DNA of 64,000 nucleotides from Bacteroidota bacterium (GCA_036339415.1 JAYZBB010000046.1:2937-66936); one strand, 5' to 3'. Shown: positions 1 to 8,603, counted from the stretch's first letter. The notes: generated by a model not told the origin, from the sequence alone. Numbers and translations: made by a program.

Positions 1-2910
1 GACGGTGGTTGTGTCTACTGCGACCCTGGAACGTTCATTTTGACTGTGGACATGACCGACAGCTACGGTGACGGATGGGGTAACGGTGATGGCGCCATTG
101 ACCAATACGGCATCTTCAACGACGATGGTACAGTCTACACTGGATCTTTGGATTCTGCCTTCGCCGGTGACGGGCTGACCACAGGTACGGACGTGCTTTG
201 TTTGGCTCCTGGATGTTACACCTTCGAAATCACTGGGCAGGTTGATCCATCTGAAATCAGCGTGACGTTGACAGATGAATTTGGCACTGAGTACGGCACC
301 ATTGGTGCTCCATCGATCTATGGGATTGATTTCACATTGACTGGACAATGCAGCATCGAAGGTTGCACGGACGACATCGCCAACAACTACAATCCTTCTG
401 CGAGCATTGACGATGGCTCTTGTCAATCTCCACCTGCCAACGATCGCATTGAAAATGCGGAAGCTCTTGCGTGCGACTTGTCTGTGACAGGCACAGTTCA
501 ATACTCGAATGACGAGGGTGCCGCTGGTTTGGCGTTCGGTCAATTCACGACAGGTGGCACAGATGTGTGGTACGTGATCAACTCTGATGCAGATCAGCAA
601 ATCACTGTCACCACCTGTGGTACGCCTAGCAACGTTGGCGAAGAGACGGATTACGTTCAAATCACAGGCCTTAACATCTACACCCAGGATGCGGAGGGCA
701 ACTTGACACCCATTGCAAACAACGCCATCGGGTGTGAAACAGGGTCTCTCAGCACAGTGACATGGACTGCGTCCACAGGTCAGGACTACTACATTCGCGT
801 AGAAGCCTACAATGGAAATGAGTTCGTGATCTCTGCATCTTGCAACCCGGATCAGAGCACGTCTCCATCAAACGATGATTGTGAAGGAGCTGTCGCGATG
901 GTGTATGACGTAACGTACACAGAATCCCTTTGTGGCGCGAATGCCGAAGAGATTAACCTCCCATGGGAAGGAGGCGGAACTGCCTACGGAGTGTACTATA
1001 CAGTGAACAGTGGAGACTACGACTCATTCGAATACAACGCCACCAACTTGTCCAACGACAACCTTGGTTGGGCCATGCTGTTGGGCAACGAATGTGGCGA
1101 CCTTGAACCATTTGTTGGCAACGTTGTGACAGGGACCATTGCTGGTTCTGTGTCTGAATTCATCATCCTGGAGCCAAACACTGATTACTACTTTGTGATT
1201 TGGACGGACGATCAGAGCTTGTGTGGTGATTATACGTACACAATCAATGGAATTTACTTGGGCTGTACAGACGAAGCTGCCAACAACTACGACACGCAAG
1301 CCACAGAGGACGACGGCTCTTGTGACTACTCTGGTGTGTCACCGCTGAACGACACTTGTGGCGATGCCATCGTTTTGGCGTGTGATACTGTGATCAGCGG
1401 TACCACAGGTGGCGCCACGGCTGTGGACGCACCCAATGCGATTGCTGGATGTGACCCTGCGCCAGGTACAGGTGTATGGTACAGCTTCTTGGGTGATGGT
1501 CAAATCCACACGTTGAGCACGTGCGGTTCTTCCATCGACTCGAAAATCAACTTGCTTTCAGCAGACACTGTTTGCGGTCAATTCACTTGCATTGAGACCG
1601 CAAACTCTTCTGACGGGAACGGCATCTGCTCAATTTTCGACGGGGATGACGTGAACATCACCTTCACTTCTGAGGCAGGGGTTCAATACTACGTTTACGT
1701 AAGTGCGCAGGACCAAGACAACGACCCAACAACTGACGACAACGGGACCTTCGAGTTGTCATTCACATGCACACCAGTTGTTGACGGATGCACTGATCCT
1801 GGCGCCTGCAACTACGATGCGGACGCCACTCAAGACGACGGTAGTTGTGAGCTGTTTAGCTGCTTGTGTCCTGAGAGCACTGGTGGAAATGCATTGCAAT
1901 TCAACATGTACGATTCATACGGCGATGGCTGGGACATTGCGAACTATGTCATCACTGATTTGAACAGCGATACAGTGGCCTCCGGAAACTTGAACGATGC
2001 GTTGATTGCCGTCGACGTAGACAACATTGCAGGAAATGACAGTGGTTACGACCTCTTGTGCTTGCAGGATGGTTGTTACATCATCACCGTGGATGGTGGA
2101 AACTGGCCAAGTGAAGTTTCTTGGGAGGTGCTGGCATCGGATGGTACCCTATTGGCTTCTGGCGGTCCAACTGATGGCCTCTCTCTTTCTCTTGGAGGTG
2201 CAGTCTGTGGTTGCACTGACACAGGTGCTTGCAACTACGACGCAACTGCTACAAGCAACGATGGCTCTTGCGAGTACGATTCTTGCGGAGGTTGCACCGA
2301 TCCCGCAGCTTGCAACTTCGACTTCGCTGCGATCATCGACGATGGCTCTTGCTGCACAGACAATTGCGTGACTGTGAATTTGAGCGACAGCTACGGTGAC
2401 GGATGGAACGGTGCGATCTACATCCTGACCAGTGTCGATGGCACTGAGATTGGAACTGGAACCATCGAAGCAGGAAGCGCTGCAAGCGATACATACTGCG
2501 TGCCGAATGGTTGCTACATCATCGAAGTGACAGAAGGAGGTTACCCAGATGAAATCAGCTGGGATGTTGACGGTGCGTTTGGAGGATTTGTCCTCGGAGG
2601 AGCTGGTGAAGTGGTGACCTTCAATGTTGGTTCTGGTGACCAATGTGTTGCGGGCTGTGACATCGCTTGTGCGTGCAACTACGATCCGGATGCGACCATT
2701 TCTGACGTGTCAACGTGTGTCTTTGAGGGATGCAGCGGTTGTACCTACGAAGGCGCTCCTCAGTACGATCCAACTGCAACAGCGGATGACGGATCTTGCA
2801 CGTTCACGTTTGCAAACCCATGTCCTGCTGACTTGAACGAAGATGGCTCGGTCTCTACGGCTGACTTGCTTGATTTCTTGACTGCGTTTGGTCAGGTATG
2901 CCCTGAGTAA
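1..2910 (+). CDS. Secreted cysteine-rich multi-repeat protein, 5' end cut by the window edge
   Basis: Frame 1 is open from nt 1 (DGGCVYCDPGTFILTVDMTDSYGDGW...), so the Met at 40 lies inside a repeat unit. The protein has three ~100-aa modules with the signature DSYGDGW...GCY...E(I/V)SW, seven short CTDxxAxNYxxxAxxDDGSC modules, and three ~135-aa modules that open with ND(x)C. The C-terminus carries a DLNEDGSVSTAD loop. A TAA stop is followed by a hairpin terminator. Confidence 0.85.
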   Translation, partial: DGGCVYCDPGTFILTVDMTDSYGDGWGNGDGAIDQYGIFNDDGTVYTGSLDSAFAGDGLTTGTDVLCLAPGCYTFEITGQVDPSEISVTLTDEFGTEYGTIGAPSIYGIDFTLTGQCSIEGCTDDIANNYNPSASIDDGSCQSPPANDRIENAEALACDLSVTGTVQYSNDEGAAGLAFGQFTTGGTDVWYVINSDADQQITVTTCGTPSNVGEETDYVQITGLNIYTQDAEGNLTPIANNAIGCETGSLSTVTWTASTGQDYYIRVEAYNGNEFVISASCNPDQSTSPSNDDCEGAVAMVYDVTYTESLCGANAEEINLPWEGGGTAYGVYYTVNSGDYDSFEYNATNLSNDNLGWAMLLGNECGDLEPFVGNVVTGTIAGSVSEFIILEPNTDYYFVIWTDDQSLCGDYTYTINGIYLGCTDEAANNYDTQATEDDGSCDYSGVSPLNDTCGDAIVLACDTVISGTTGGATAVDAPNAIAGCDPAPGTGVWYSFLGDGQIHTLSTCGSSIDSKINLLSADTVCGQFTCIETANSSDGNGICSIFDGDDVNITFTSEAGVQYYVYVSAQDQDNDPTTDDNGTFELSFTCTPVVDGCTDPGACNYDADATQDDGSCELFSCLCPESTGGNALQFNMYDSYGDGWDIANYVITDLNSDTVASGNLNDALIAVDVDNIAGNDSGYDLLCLQDGCYIITVDGGNWPSEVSWEVLASDGTLLASGGPTDGLSLSLGGAVCGCTDTGACNYDATATSNDGSCEYDSCGGCTDPAACNFDFAAIIDDGSCCTDNCVTVNLSDSYGDGWNGAIYILTSVDGTEIGTGTIEAGSAASDTYCVPNGCYIIEVTEGGYPDEISWDVDGAFGGFVLGGAGEVVTFNVGSGDQCVAGCDIACACNYDPDATISDVSTCVFEGCSGCTYEGAPQYDPTATADDGSCTFTFANPCPADLNEDGSVSTADLLDFLTAFGQVCPE

Positions 2911-2930
2911 GCAGAGCTTTGATATGAAGA

Positions 2931-2960
2931 AAGGCCCGGCGAAAGCCGGGCCTTTTTGTT
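2931..2960 (+). terminator. Rho-independent terminator after the repeat-protein gene
   Basis: GGCCCGGC-GAAA-GCCGGGCC perfect 8-bp stem (2933-2952), followed by TTTTTGTTTCTTT. Confidence 0.8.
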
Positions 2961-2971
2961 TCTTTACGGCC

Positions 2972-3763
2972 ATGAATACGATTCTCATCACAGGCGCTGG
3001 CACTGGCATCGGAGCGGCCACGGCAAAGCAGTTGGCATTGCACGAAGGCCTTCGATTGATTTTGGTGGGTCGCAGAAAGGAGAAGCTGGACGAAGTCAAG
3101 GCATCCTTGCACAACGGTGGACAGCACGTATCGGTGTCACTCGATGTCTCCAAAGCTCAATGTTTGGTAGAATGGTTGGCAGGGGAAGAAGCTGGGCTCG
3201 ATCGTTTTCCATTGGTTGGGGTGTTTGCGAATGCGGGTGTAGGGGGACCCAACCATTTTGGGGAGGAGGATCGTTGGGAAGAAATCATCCGGATAAATTT
3301 GACGGGAACCTACAACACCTTGTTGGCGTGCAAGCCTTACCTCGAAGCGGCGCCAGGCATCACGCATGCCTTGGTCACAAGCAGTGTGCTTGCACGATTT
3401 GGTGTTCCAGGACAGACGGCCTACGTGGCGAGCAAAACGGGATTGCTTGGCTTGATTCGGTCGCTGGCCATTGAATGGTCGCCAAATGGCATCATGGTGA
3501 ATGCCCTTTGTCCTGGATGGGTTGAAACCGAAATGGCTCAGTCAAGCATTCAAGCCATGGCAGATGCCCAAGGAATTTCGTTTGGGGAGGCAAAGTCACA
3601 GCAGGAAGCGCTGTTGCCGGCAGGACGTGTGAGCACCCCAGAAGAAATGTCTCAGTGGGTGGACTTCTTGTTTTCTGGCCTTGCGGAAGGCGATGTGCGT
3701 CCACGCTTGGCGACGTTCACTGGTCAAGCCTTGGATGTGAACAGCGGGTCCTGGATGGGGTAA
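2972..3763 (+). CDS. Short-chain dehydrogenase/reductase (SDR) family oxidoreductase
   Basis: N-terminal Rossmann motif MNTILITGAGTGIGAATAKQ (TGxxxGxG) and an SDR-like YxxxK region (YVASKTGLLGL). The start was moved to ATG 2972 because the listed 2888 start runs through the upstream terminator. Confidence 0.85.
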   Translation: MNTILITGAGTGIGAATAKQLALHEGLRLILVGRRKEKLDEVKASLHNGGQHVSVSLDVSKAQCLVEWLAGEEAGLDRFPLVGVFANAGVGGPNHFGEEDRWEEIIRINLTGTYNTLLACKPYLEAAPGITHALVTSSVLARFGVPGQTAYVASKTGLLGLIRSLAIEWSPNGIMVNALCPGWVETEMAQSSIQAMADAQGISFGEAKSQQEALLPAGRVSTPEEMSQWVDFLFSGLAEGDVRPRLATFTGQALDVNSGSWMG

Positions 3764-3815
3764 GCGAAGTTGCCTTGGCCTCTCGCACCTGGTGGGTGCG
3801 GACTACCTTTGTCCC

Positions 3816-4442
3816 ATGAGACACAACCTCAGTGATGTCAGCGCACTCATCAAAGATCGACGATCGTTCGCCCCGGAGCAATGTTCTGAACGCAAGGTCC
3901 ACCGCGATGTGGTGGAAGAGATTTTGCGTGCTGCGATTTGGGCGCCGACGCATGGCATGACGCAGCCTTGGCGTTTCACGGTGTTTCAGGAAGATGGATT
4001 GGACGAGCTGCGCACGGGCATGCCCAAGTGGTACCAACTTGCCATGGCGGGCCAACAGGTGAACGAAACCAAACTGATCAAGCTCCGGCATCGCTTGGAC
4101 CGATGCAATTGCGTGATCGGCATCGGCATGGTTCCTGATGTGAATGGGCGAATCTCCCAAGAAGATGAGGAGTGGGCCGTTGCTGCTGCCGTTCAAAACA
4201 TGCATTTGATGAGCACCGCTTATGGATTGGGGGCCAAATGGACCACTCCATCTTTCATGAGATTGCCGGAGGTCAAGGCCGCCCTCGGACTGCCGGAAGA
4301 GGGCAAAGTCATGGGCTTGTTTTTTGTGGGATATCCCGACCGGCCATGGCCAGAGTCGCACCGCTGGCCCCTGGAGTTTGTGACGCGATGGAAGACCAGC
4401 GGCGAAGAAGTCACCGTGCACGAACGCAAACCCACGGTTTGA
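3816..4442 (+). CDS. Nitroreductase family protein
   Basis: Typical nitroreductase N-terminus (IKDRRSFAPE...ILRAAIWAPTHGMTQPWRFTVF). ATG at 3816; the listed start at 3792 is a GTG. Confidence 0.8.
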   Translation: MRHNLSDVSALIKDRRSFAPEQCSERKVHRDVVEEILRAAIWAPTHGMTQPWRFTVFQEDGLDELRTGMPKWYQLAMAGQQVNETKLIKLRHRLDRCNCVIGIGMVPDVNGRISQEDEEWAVAAAVQNMHLMSTAYGLGAKWTTPSFMRLPEVKAALGLPEEGKVMGLFFVGYPDRPWPESHRWPLEFVTRWKTSGEEVTVHERKPTV

Positions 4443-4446
4443 TTCC

Positions 4447-5457
4447 ATGAGGTGGGTCAATCATTACACACATCCTGGCGACACGCGTTACCATGTGTTT
4501 GTCTTTCGTGAATCCCACCATGCACGTCGGTTTGAGGAACGGTGCGCAGCGGAGGGGATTGCATTCGAGCGGCATGAAGAGGAAGGTGAAGTGATGTTTG
4601 GTGTGGCCAAAACTTCGTTCACCGAAGCGTTGAGAGCCAACCATCTCGTGCACGCAGAGTTTCGTTCCCATTTCATTCCTCACAAAGGATGGCGCTGGGG
4701 TTTGCTGGTGTTCACTGCGGCGGTTTTGGGTCTGGCACTCATGGGATGGCTTACATCCACAACAGCCCACGGTCAGGTCGAGGCGGGCTTGCCCTGGGAG
4801 TTGGATGTCGTTGCGCGCGTGCATGTTCCTATTGACGCGCTGGGCATGGTTCCGACAACCGTCAAAGGTCAGGGAATCGATGCAGTTTGGTCGCCTCGCT
4901 TTGGATCAGATGTGGGACTCCGCATCCATCGTCGATTGAAAGATGGATGGACTTTGGGCGGAGGTGTGGAGTGGATTCGTCGAGAACACGACATTGTGGT
5001 GGCTTACAGCAACGATTCTCTTGCATTGAGTGCACTGGACTCGTTGCCCGGCATGCGAAGTTTGGCCTATCGAATTCCTTTTCTCGGTGGCATTCGAATC
5101 CCGCTTGGGTGGAATGACCTCGAGGTTCAATCGAGCATCGGAGTGAGTGTCGAGTGGAAGACGAGTGAGACCATCGTGAGCCAGCTGGTCCAAACCGAGG
5201 GGCAGGATCACATCGTTCAGGCCTACCAAGGCCGCGCCCGTTACGTCACCATGCCCGTCATTGCAGAGATCGGGATTCAACGCCGGGCCACGAGGAAACA
5301 ACCTGGGTGGTATTTGGGCTGGCATTGGTCAAGTCCCATCGGTCGCAGTGCATGGGCGGAAAACACGTGGTCCTCGGGTTCCACAGCCGGGATTGCCCGC
5401 AGTTTTCTCAATTTGGTCAACACTGGTGTTGACATTCGGTTGGTCTTGCCTGAATGA
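4447..5457 (+). CDS. Hypothetical protein: charged ~85-aa N-terminal region, one hydrophobic segment, then a beta-rich C-terminal region
   Basis: 336-codon ORF that starts 4 nt after the nitroreductase stop. A hydrophobic stretch (WGLLVFTAAVLGLALMGWL) is followed by alternating-polarity sequence. I recognise no family. Confidence 0.55.
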   Translation: MRWVNHYTHPGDTRYHVFVFRESHHARRFEERCAAEGIAFERHEEEGEVMFGVAKTSFTEALRANHLVHAEFRSHFIPHKGWRWGLLVFTAAVLGLALMGWLTSTTAHGQVEAGLPWELDVVARVHVPIDALGMVPTTVKGQGIDAVWSPRFGSDVGLRIHRRLKDGWTLGGGVEWIRREHDIVVAYSNDSLALSALDSLPGMRSLAYRIPFLGGIRIPLGWNDLEVQSSIGVSVEWKTSETIVSQLVQTEGQDHIVQAYQGRARYVTMPVIAEIGIQRRATRKQPGWYLGWHWSSPIGRSAWAENTWSSGSTAGIARSFLNLVNTGVDIRLVLPE

Positions 5458-5464
5458 CCACAAC

Positions 5465-5496
5465 AAAGCCCACCGAGGTGGGCTTTGTCTGTTTTC
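5465..5496. terminator. Bidirectional hairpin terminator between convergent genes
   Basis: AAAGCCCAC-CGAG-GTGGGCTTT stem (5465-5486). It is flanked by a T-rich run on the plus strand (TTTGTCTGTTTT) and by TTTGTTG on the minus strand. Confidence 0.7.
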
Positions 5497-5512
5497 TGTG
5501 CGGGAGCAGTTG

Positions 5513-6130
5513 TCACATGGCCTTGGCCACGAGGTTGAAGCCGACAGTGAAGGTGTCGTGAATGAGATTGTCGCCTAGATTGTCGAAGAACGTGCCCGAT
5601 CCGTACTTCACATCAAATTCGGCGCGGTTCAAGATTGCGGATCCCGCCACAGAAAAGGCGTCGGCTGTGGTGGTCACTTTGGCATCGAACGTGACGCTTT
5701 TGGTGATGCCTCGAATGGTGAAATCTCCTGTCACTGAGTGCGTGACTTCGGCAGAGGCGTCCTTCAAAGGTGTCAAATTCCGGAGAGTGAAAGAACTTGT
5801 TTTGTGTTCGGACACATTGAAAAAATCGTCGCTGTTGAGGTGACCCACAAGTTTGTTGGCCCATTCACCTTTCAAGTCTGTGCAGGCGATGGTTTGCATG
5901 TCGACAATGACGTTTGCAGAAGTGAGGTTGCCGTCGGTGACAGATAATTAGCCATTGGCAAGGTCGACAGTGCCCATGTGTTCGCCCGTGACTTTTGTCG
6001 CGTGCCATGTCACAGTAGAGGCAGACGCGTCCACCTTGTATCGCGTGGTGCCCGCATTGTCGCTGTCGACGCAGGTCGAGGCTGTCAGGGTCAGTGCCCA
6101 TGAGGCACAAAGGGTGATGATGGTGTTCAT
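5513..6130 (-). pseudogene. YceI-like polyisoprenoid-binding protein gene interrupted by one in-frame TAA
   Basis: ORFs 5948-6157 and 5513-5899 are in the same frame. Translating across the junction gives ...GTVDLANG*LSVTDGNLTSANVIVDMQTIACTD..., one continuous YceI-type domain (YKVD...VTWHATKV...HLNSDDFF...GDFTIRGITKSVTF...NRAEFDVKYG). The stop codon is at 5948-5950. The signal peptide starts at ATG 6130 (MNTIITLCASWALTLTAS). Confidence 0.75.
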
Positions 6131-6359
6131 GGGGTGTGGTTGTTTGTGTTGAGTCAAATGTGTTCTTCGTTCCAGTTGTCGAGAATGTGAAGGACTTGGC
6201 GAGTGTCGTTCGTGAACCAGACGTTGTCCAATGAAGACATTTCTCGGTCCACGATGTTCATGAGTTCTTCCGTGAGTTGTTGTCCAAATGGTGTCAAAAC
6301 GATGTGAACGAACATCGCCCCACCAGGTGGCGAGGCGACGGAGAACGGATTCCGAGGAA

Positions 6360-6815
6360 TCAGGATTGAAGCGCTTCTCTCACGAATTGAGAAATGACCT
6401 TGCCTTCTGCCTGGCCAGCCATGGCTTTGGATGCCAGTCCCATCACTTTGCCCATGTCGGCCATGGAGGACGCACCGGTTTGAGCAATGATCTCGGTCAC
6501 GCGAGACTTGATTTCATCTTCTGAAAGTGCGGCAGGAAGAAATTCTTGAATGACAACCGCCTGCGCATCTTCTTCAGCGGCCAATTCTGGCCGTCCTTGA
6601 TCGCGGTACAAGGCTGCAGTTTCCTTTCGCTGTTTGAGCAATTTGCTCAGGATGGACATTGTCACCTGGTCATCAATGTCCTCGTTGGCGCCTTCTTTGG
6701 TCGCCTCAATCATGATTTTGCTTTTGATGTCGCGCAATGCGGCGAGCCTGTCGCGGTCTTTGGCGCGCATGGCATCCTTGATGCCCTCAGAAATGGAGGT
6801 GGCCAGCGTTCCCAT
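6360..6815 (-). CDS. GatB/YqeY domain-containing protein
   Basis: Full-length YqeY-like sequence (IKDAMRAKDRDRLAALRDIKS...LLKQRKETAALY). Its ATG shares one base with the ftsZ stop (TGATG). Confidence 0.85.
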   Translation of the reverse strand: MGTLATSISEGIKDAMRAKDRDRLAALRDIKSKIMIEATKEGANEDIDDQVTMSILSKLLKQRKETAALYRDQGRPELAAEEDAQAVVIQEFLPAALSEDEIKSRVTEIIAQTGASSMADMGKVMGLASKAMAGQAEGKVISQFVREALQS

Positions 6816-8566
6816 CAGTCGACGTTGTCGTGGAGGAATGGGTTGTCGTTTTTCAGCTCAAATCGACGGTTGCCTTCTTCGTCAATTTCTTCATTCACCC
6901 TCATTCTGCTGACTTGCGACTCTGAACTTTGCGGAGTGTCTTCGATCGACACGTTTCGGCGCTTGTATGCGGGCTCATTTTCCAGGTCGGCAATGCGTCC
7001 AGGCAAATTCAACTTGCTTTTGAACTCAGCCAAGCTTCGAGTGATTTGGCGCTGGCGTTCTGCAAATGCTTCACGAGACGGTTGAACCGACGGTGTTGTC
7101 TCTGATGCCTGTGCTGTTTCTGACGAAATGTTCTCGATGGATTGTGCCGAATTTGAATCATCTTCCTTGTTGTTTGTCAAGGAAGCCTGAGGTGTCAAAT
7201 CTTCTGGTTCAGGAACGTCGTCAAGGTTGTAGATGATGAATTCCTCGTTCGTTGTGACGTCATTTTTGGAAACATCTGTGTTCTCGACCTGGCTGGCAGG
7301 GTTGGAGACCTCGTCAATGGCATGCGCCTCTTTGTGGGTCAAACTGTCCTGCGGCAATGCGGCCTGCGTTTCTTGAGAGGGCACCGCGGATTCGACAACG
7401 TCTTCGGTGGGAGCGAACAAGTCCTTTTGGGGCGCGGCAACGTCCCATTTGTTCTTGTCAATGTTGCCAGAGTGCTCTTCTGTCTTGATGAAAGGTTCGA
7501 CTTCTGGTGTTGGAACAACGGGAGGAACATTGGCTTCCGGAGTTTCCTGTGACTGGTCGTCGAGCCACACCTTCTTGGGACCAGACATGGATTGGTTGTT
7601 GTCCAGCTCCGCGGCATCAAAGCCCGTTGCGATGACGGTCACACAGAGGTCCTCTCCCAGATTTTCATCCGTTCCATAGCCCCAGATGACTTCTGCTGTT
7701 TGTCCGGCTGCTTCTTGGATGTGATCCGTGATTTCCATGATCTCGTCCATGAGAATTTCTTCGGTTCCGAAGGTGATGTTCAGCAACACAAAGTTGGCAC
7801 CCGTGATGTCGCTGTCATTCAGGAGCGGGCTTTCAAGGGCATCGCTCACGGCTTTGTGTGCTCGGCCTTGGCCGGACGCACTGCCTGATCCCATGATCGC
7901 TCTGCCGCTGTCGCGCATGACTGTGTTGACATCGTTCATGTCGACGTTGATTTCCCCTGTCAACGTGATGACCTCAGCGATGCCTTTTGCCGCAGTACAG
8001 AGGATTTGATCGGCATTGGCAAAGGCACTTCGGATGGTTTGATTGCCAAACAATTCCCTGAGTTTGTCGTTGCGAATGATGAGCAGTGTGTCAACGGCTT
8101 CGCGCATGGCCGCAAGACCGTCCGAGGCCTGCTGATTTCTTCGTCGACCTTCGAATTGGAAGGGGACGGTCACAATCCCAACGGTGAGGATGCCTCGCTC
8201 TTTGCATGCTTGTGCAATGATGGGAGCAGCTCCAGTGCCCGTGCCTCCGCCCATGCCAGCGGTGACGAAGACCATGCTCGTGTCGCTTCCCAGAAGCGAG
8301 GTGAGTTCATCCAAACTTTCGATGGCGGCATTTTTGCCCACTTCCGGCAACGAACCCGCCCCTTGACCTCCTGTCAGCGTCGCCCCCAATTGAACCTTGC
8401 GAGGCACGGGGCTGATGTCAAGCGCTTGAGCGTCCGTGTTGCAGACAATGAAGTCTACGCCAGTGATGCCTTGCTCAAACATGGTGTTGACCGCGTTTGA
8501 ACCTCCTCCACCGACACCGATGACTTTGATTGGAGAATTCGTGGATTGGGGAATGTTGAATTGCAT
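6815..8566 (-). CDS. ftsZ: Cell division protein FtsZ
   Basis: IKVIGVGGGGSNAVNTM and TAGMGGGTGTGAAPIIA tubulin signatures, a long acidic linker, and a C-terminal peptide (FELKNDNPFLHDNVD). The start was trimmed to ATG 8566 (MQFNIPQ); the listed extension overlaps the ftsA 3' end. Confidence 0.97.
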   Translation of the reverse strand: MQFNIPQSTNSPIKVIGVGGGGSNAVNTMFEQGITGVDFIVCNTDAQALDISPVPRKVQLGATLTGGQGAGSLPEVGKNAAIESLDELTSLLGSDTSMVFVTAGMGGGTGTGAAPIIAQACKERGILTVGIVTVPFQFEGRRRNQQASDGLAAMREAVDTLLIIRNDKLRELFGNQTIRSAFANADQILCTAAKGIAEVITLTGEINVDMNDVNTVMRDSGRAIMGSGSASGQGRAHKAVSDALESPLLNDSDITGANFVLLNITFGTEEILMDEIMEITDHIQEAAGQTAEVIWGYGTDENLGEDLCVTVIATGFDAAELDNNQSMSGPKKVWLDDQSQETPEANVPPVVPTPEVEPFIKTEEHSGNIDKNKWDVAAPQKDLFAPTEDVVESAVPSQETQAALPQDSLTHKEAHAIDEVSNPASQVENTDVSKNDVTTNEEFIIYNLDDVPEPEDLTPQASLTNNKEDDSNSAQSIENISSETAQASETTPSVQPSREAFAERQRQITRSLAEFKSKLNLPGRIADLENEPAYKRRNVSIEDTPQSSESQVSRMRVNEEIDEEGNRRFELKNDNPFLHDNVD

Positions 8567-8603
8567 GGGATGGGATTTTCTTGGGGGAGGGGTAAAGGGA
8601 CGT

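Noticed and set aside
2830-2892. Dockerin-like motif as a sign of a cellulosome
   Set aside because: Only one Ca-loop repeat is present, and the window contains no cohesin, scaffoldin or glycoside-hydrolase catalytic domain. Cellulosomes are not a Bacteroidota feature, so I keep it only as a possible docking tag.
5948-5950. In-frame TAA in the YceI gene as evidence for stop-codon reassignment or programmed recoding
   Set aside because: TAA, TAG and TGA all serve as ordinary terminators of well-conserved genes throughout the window (for example, TAA ends the repeat protein, topA and the TonB receptor). A nonsense mutation or sequencing error is the simpler explanation.
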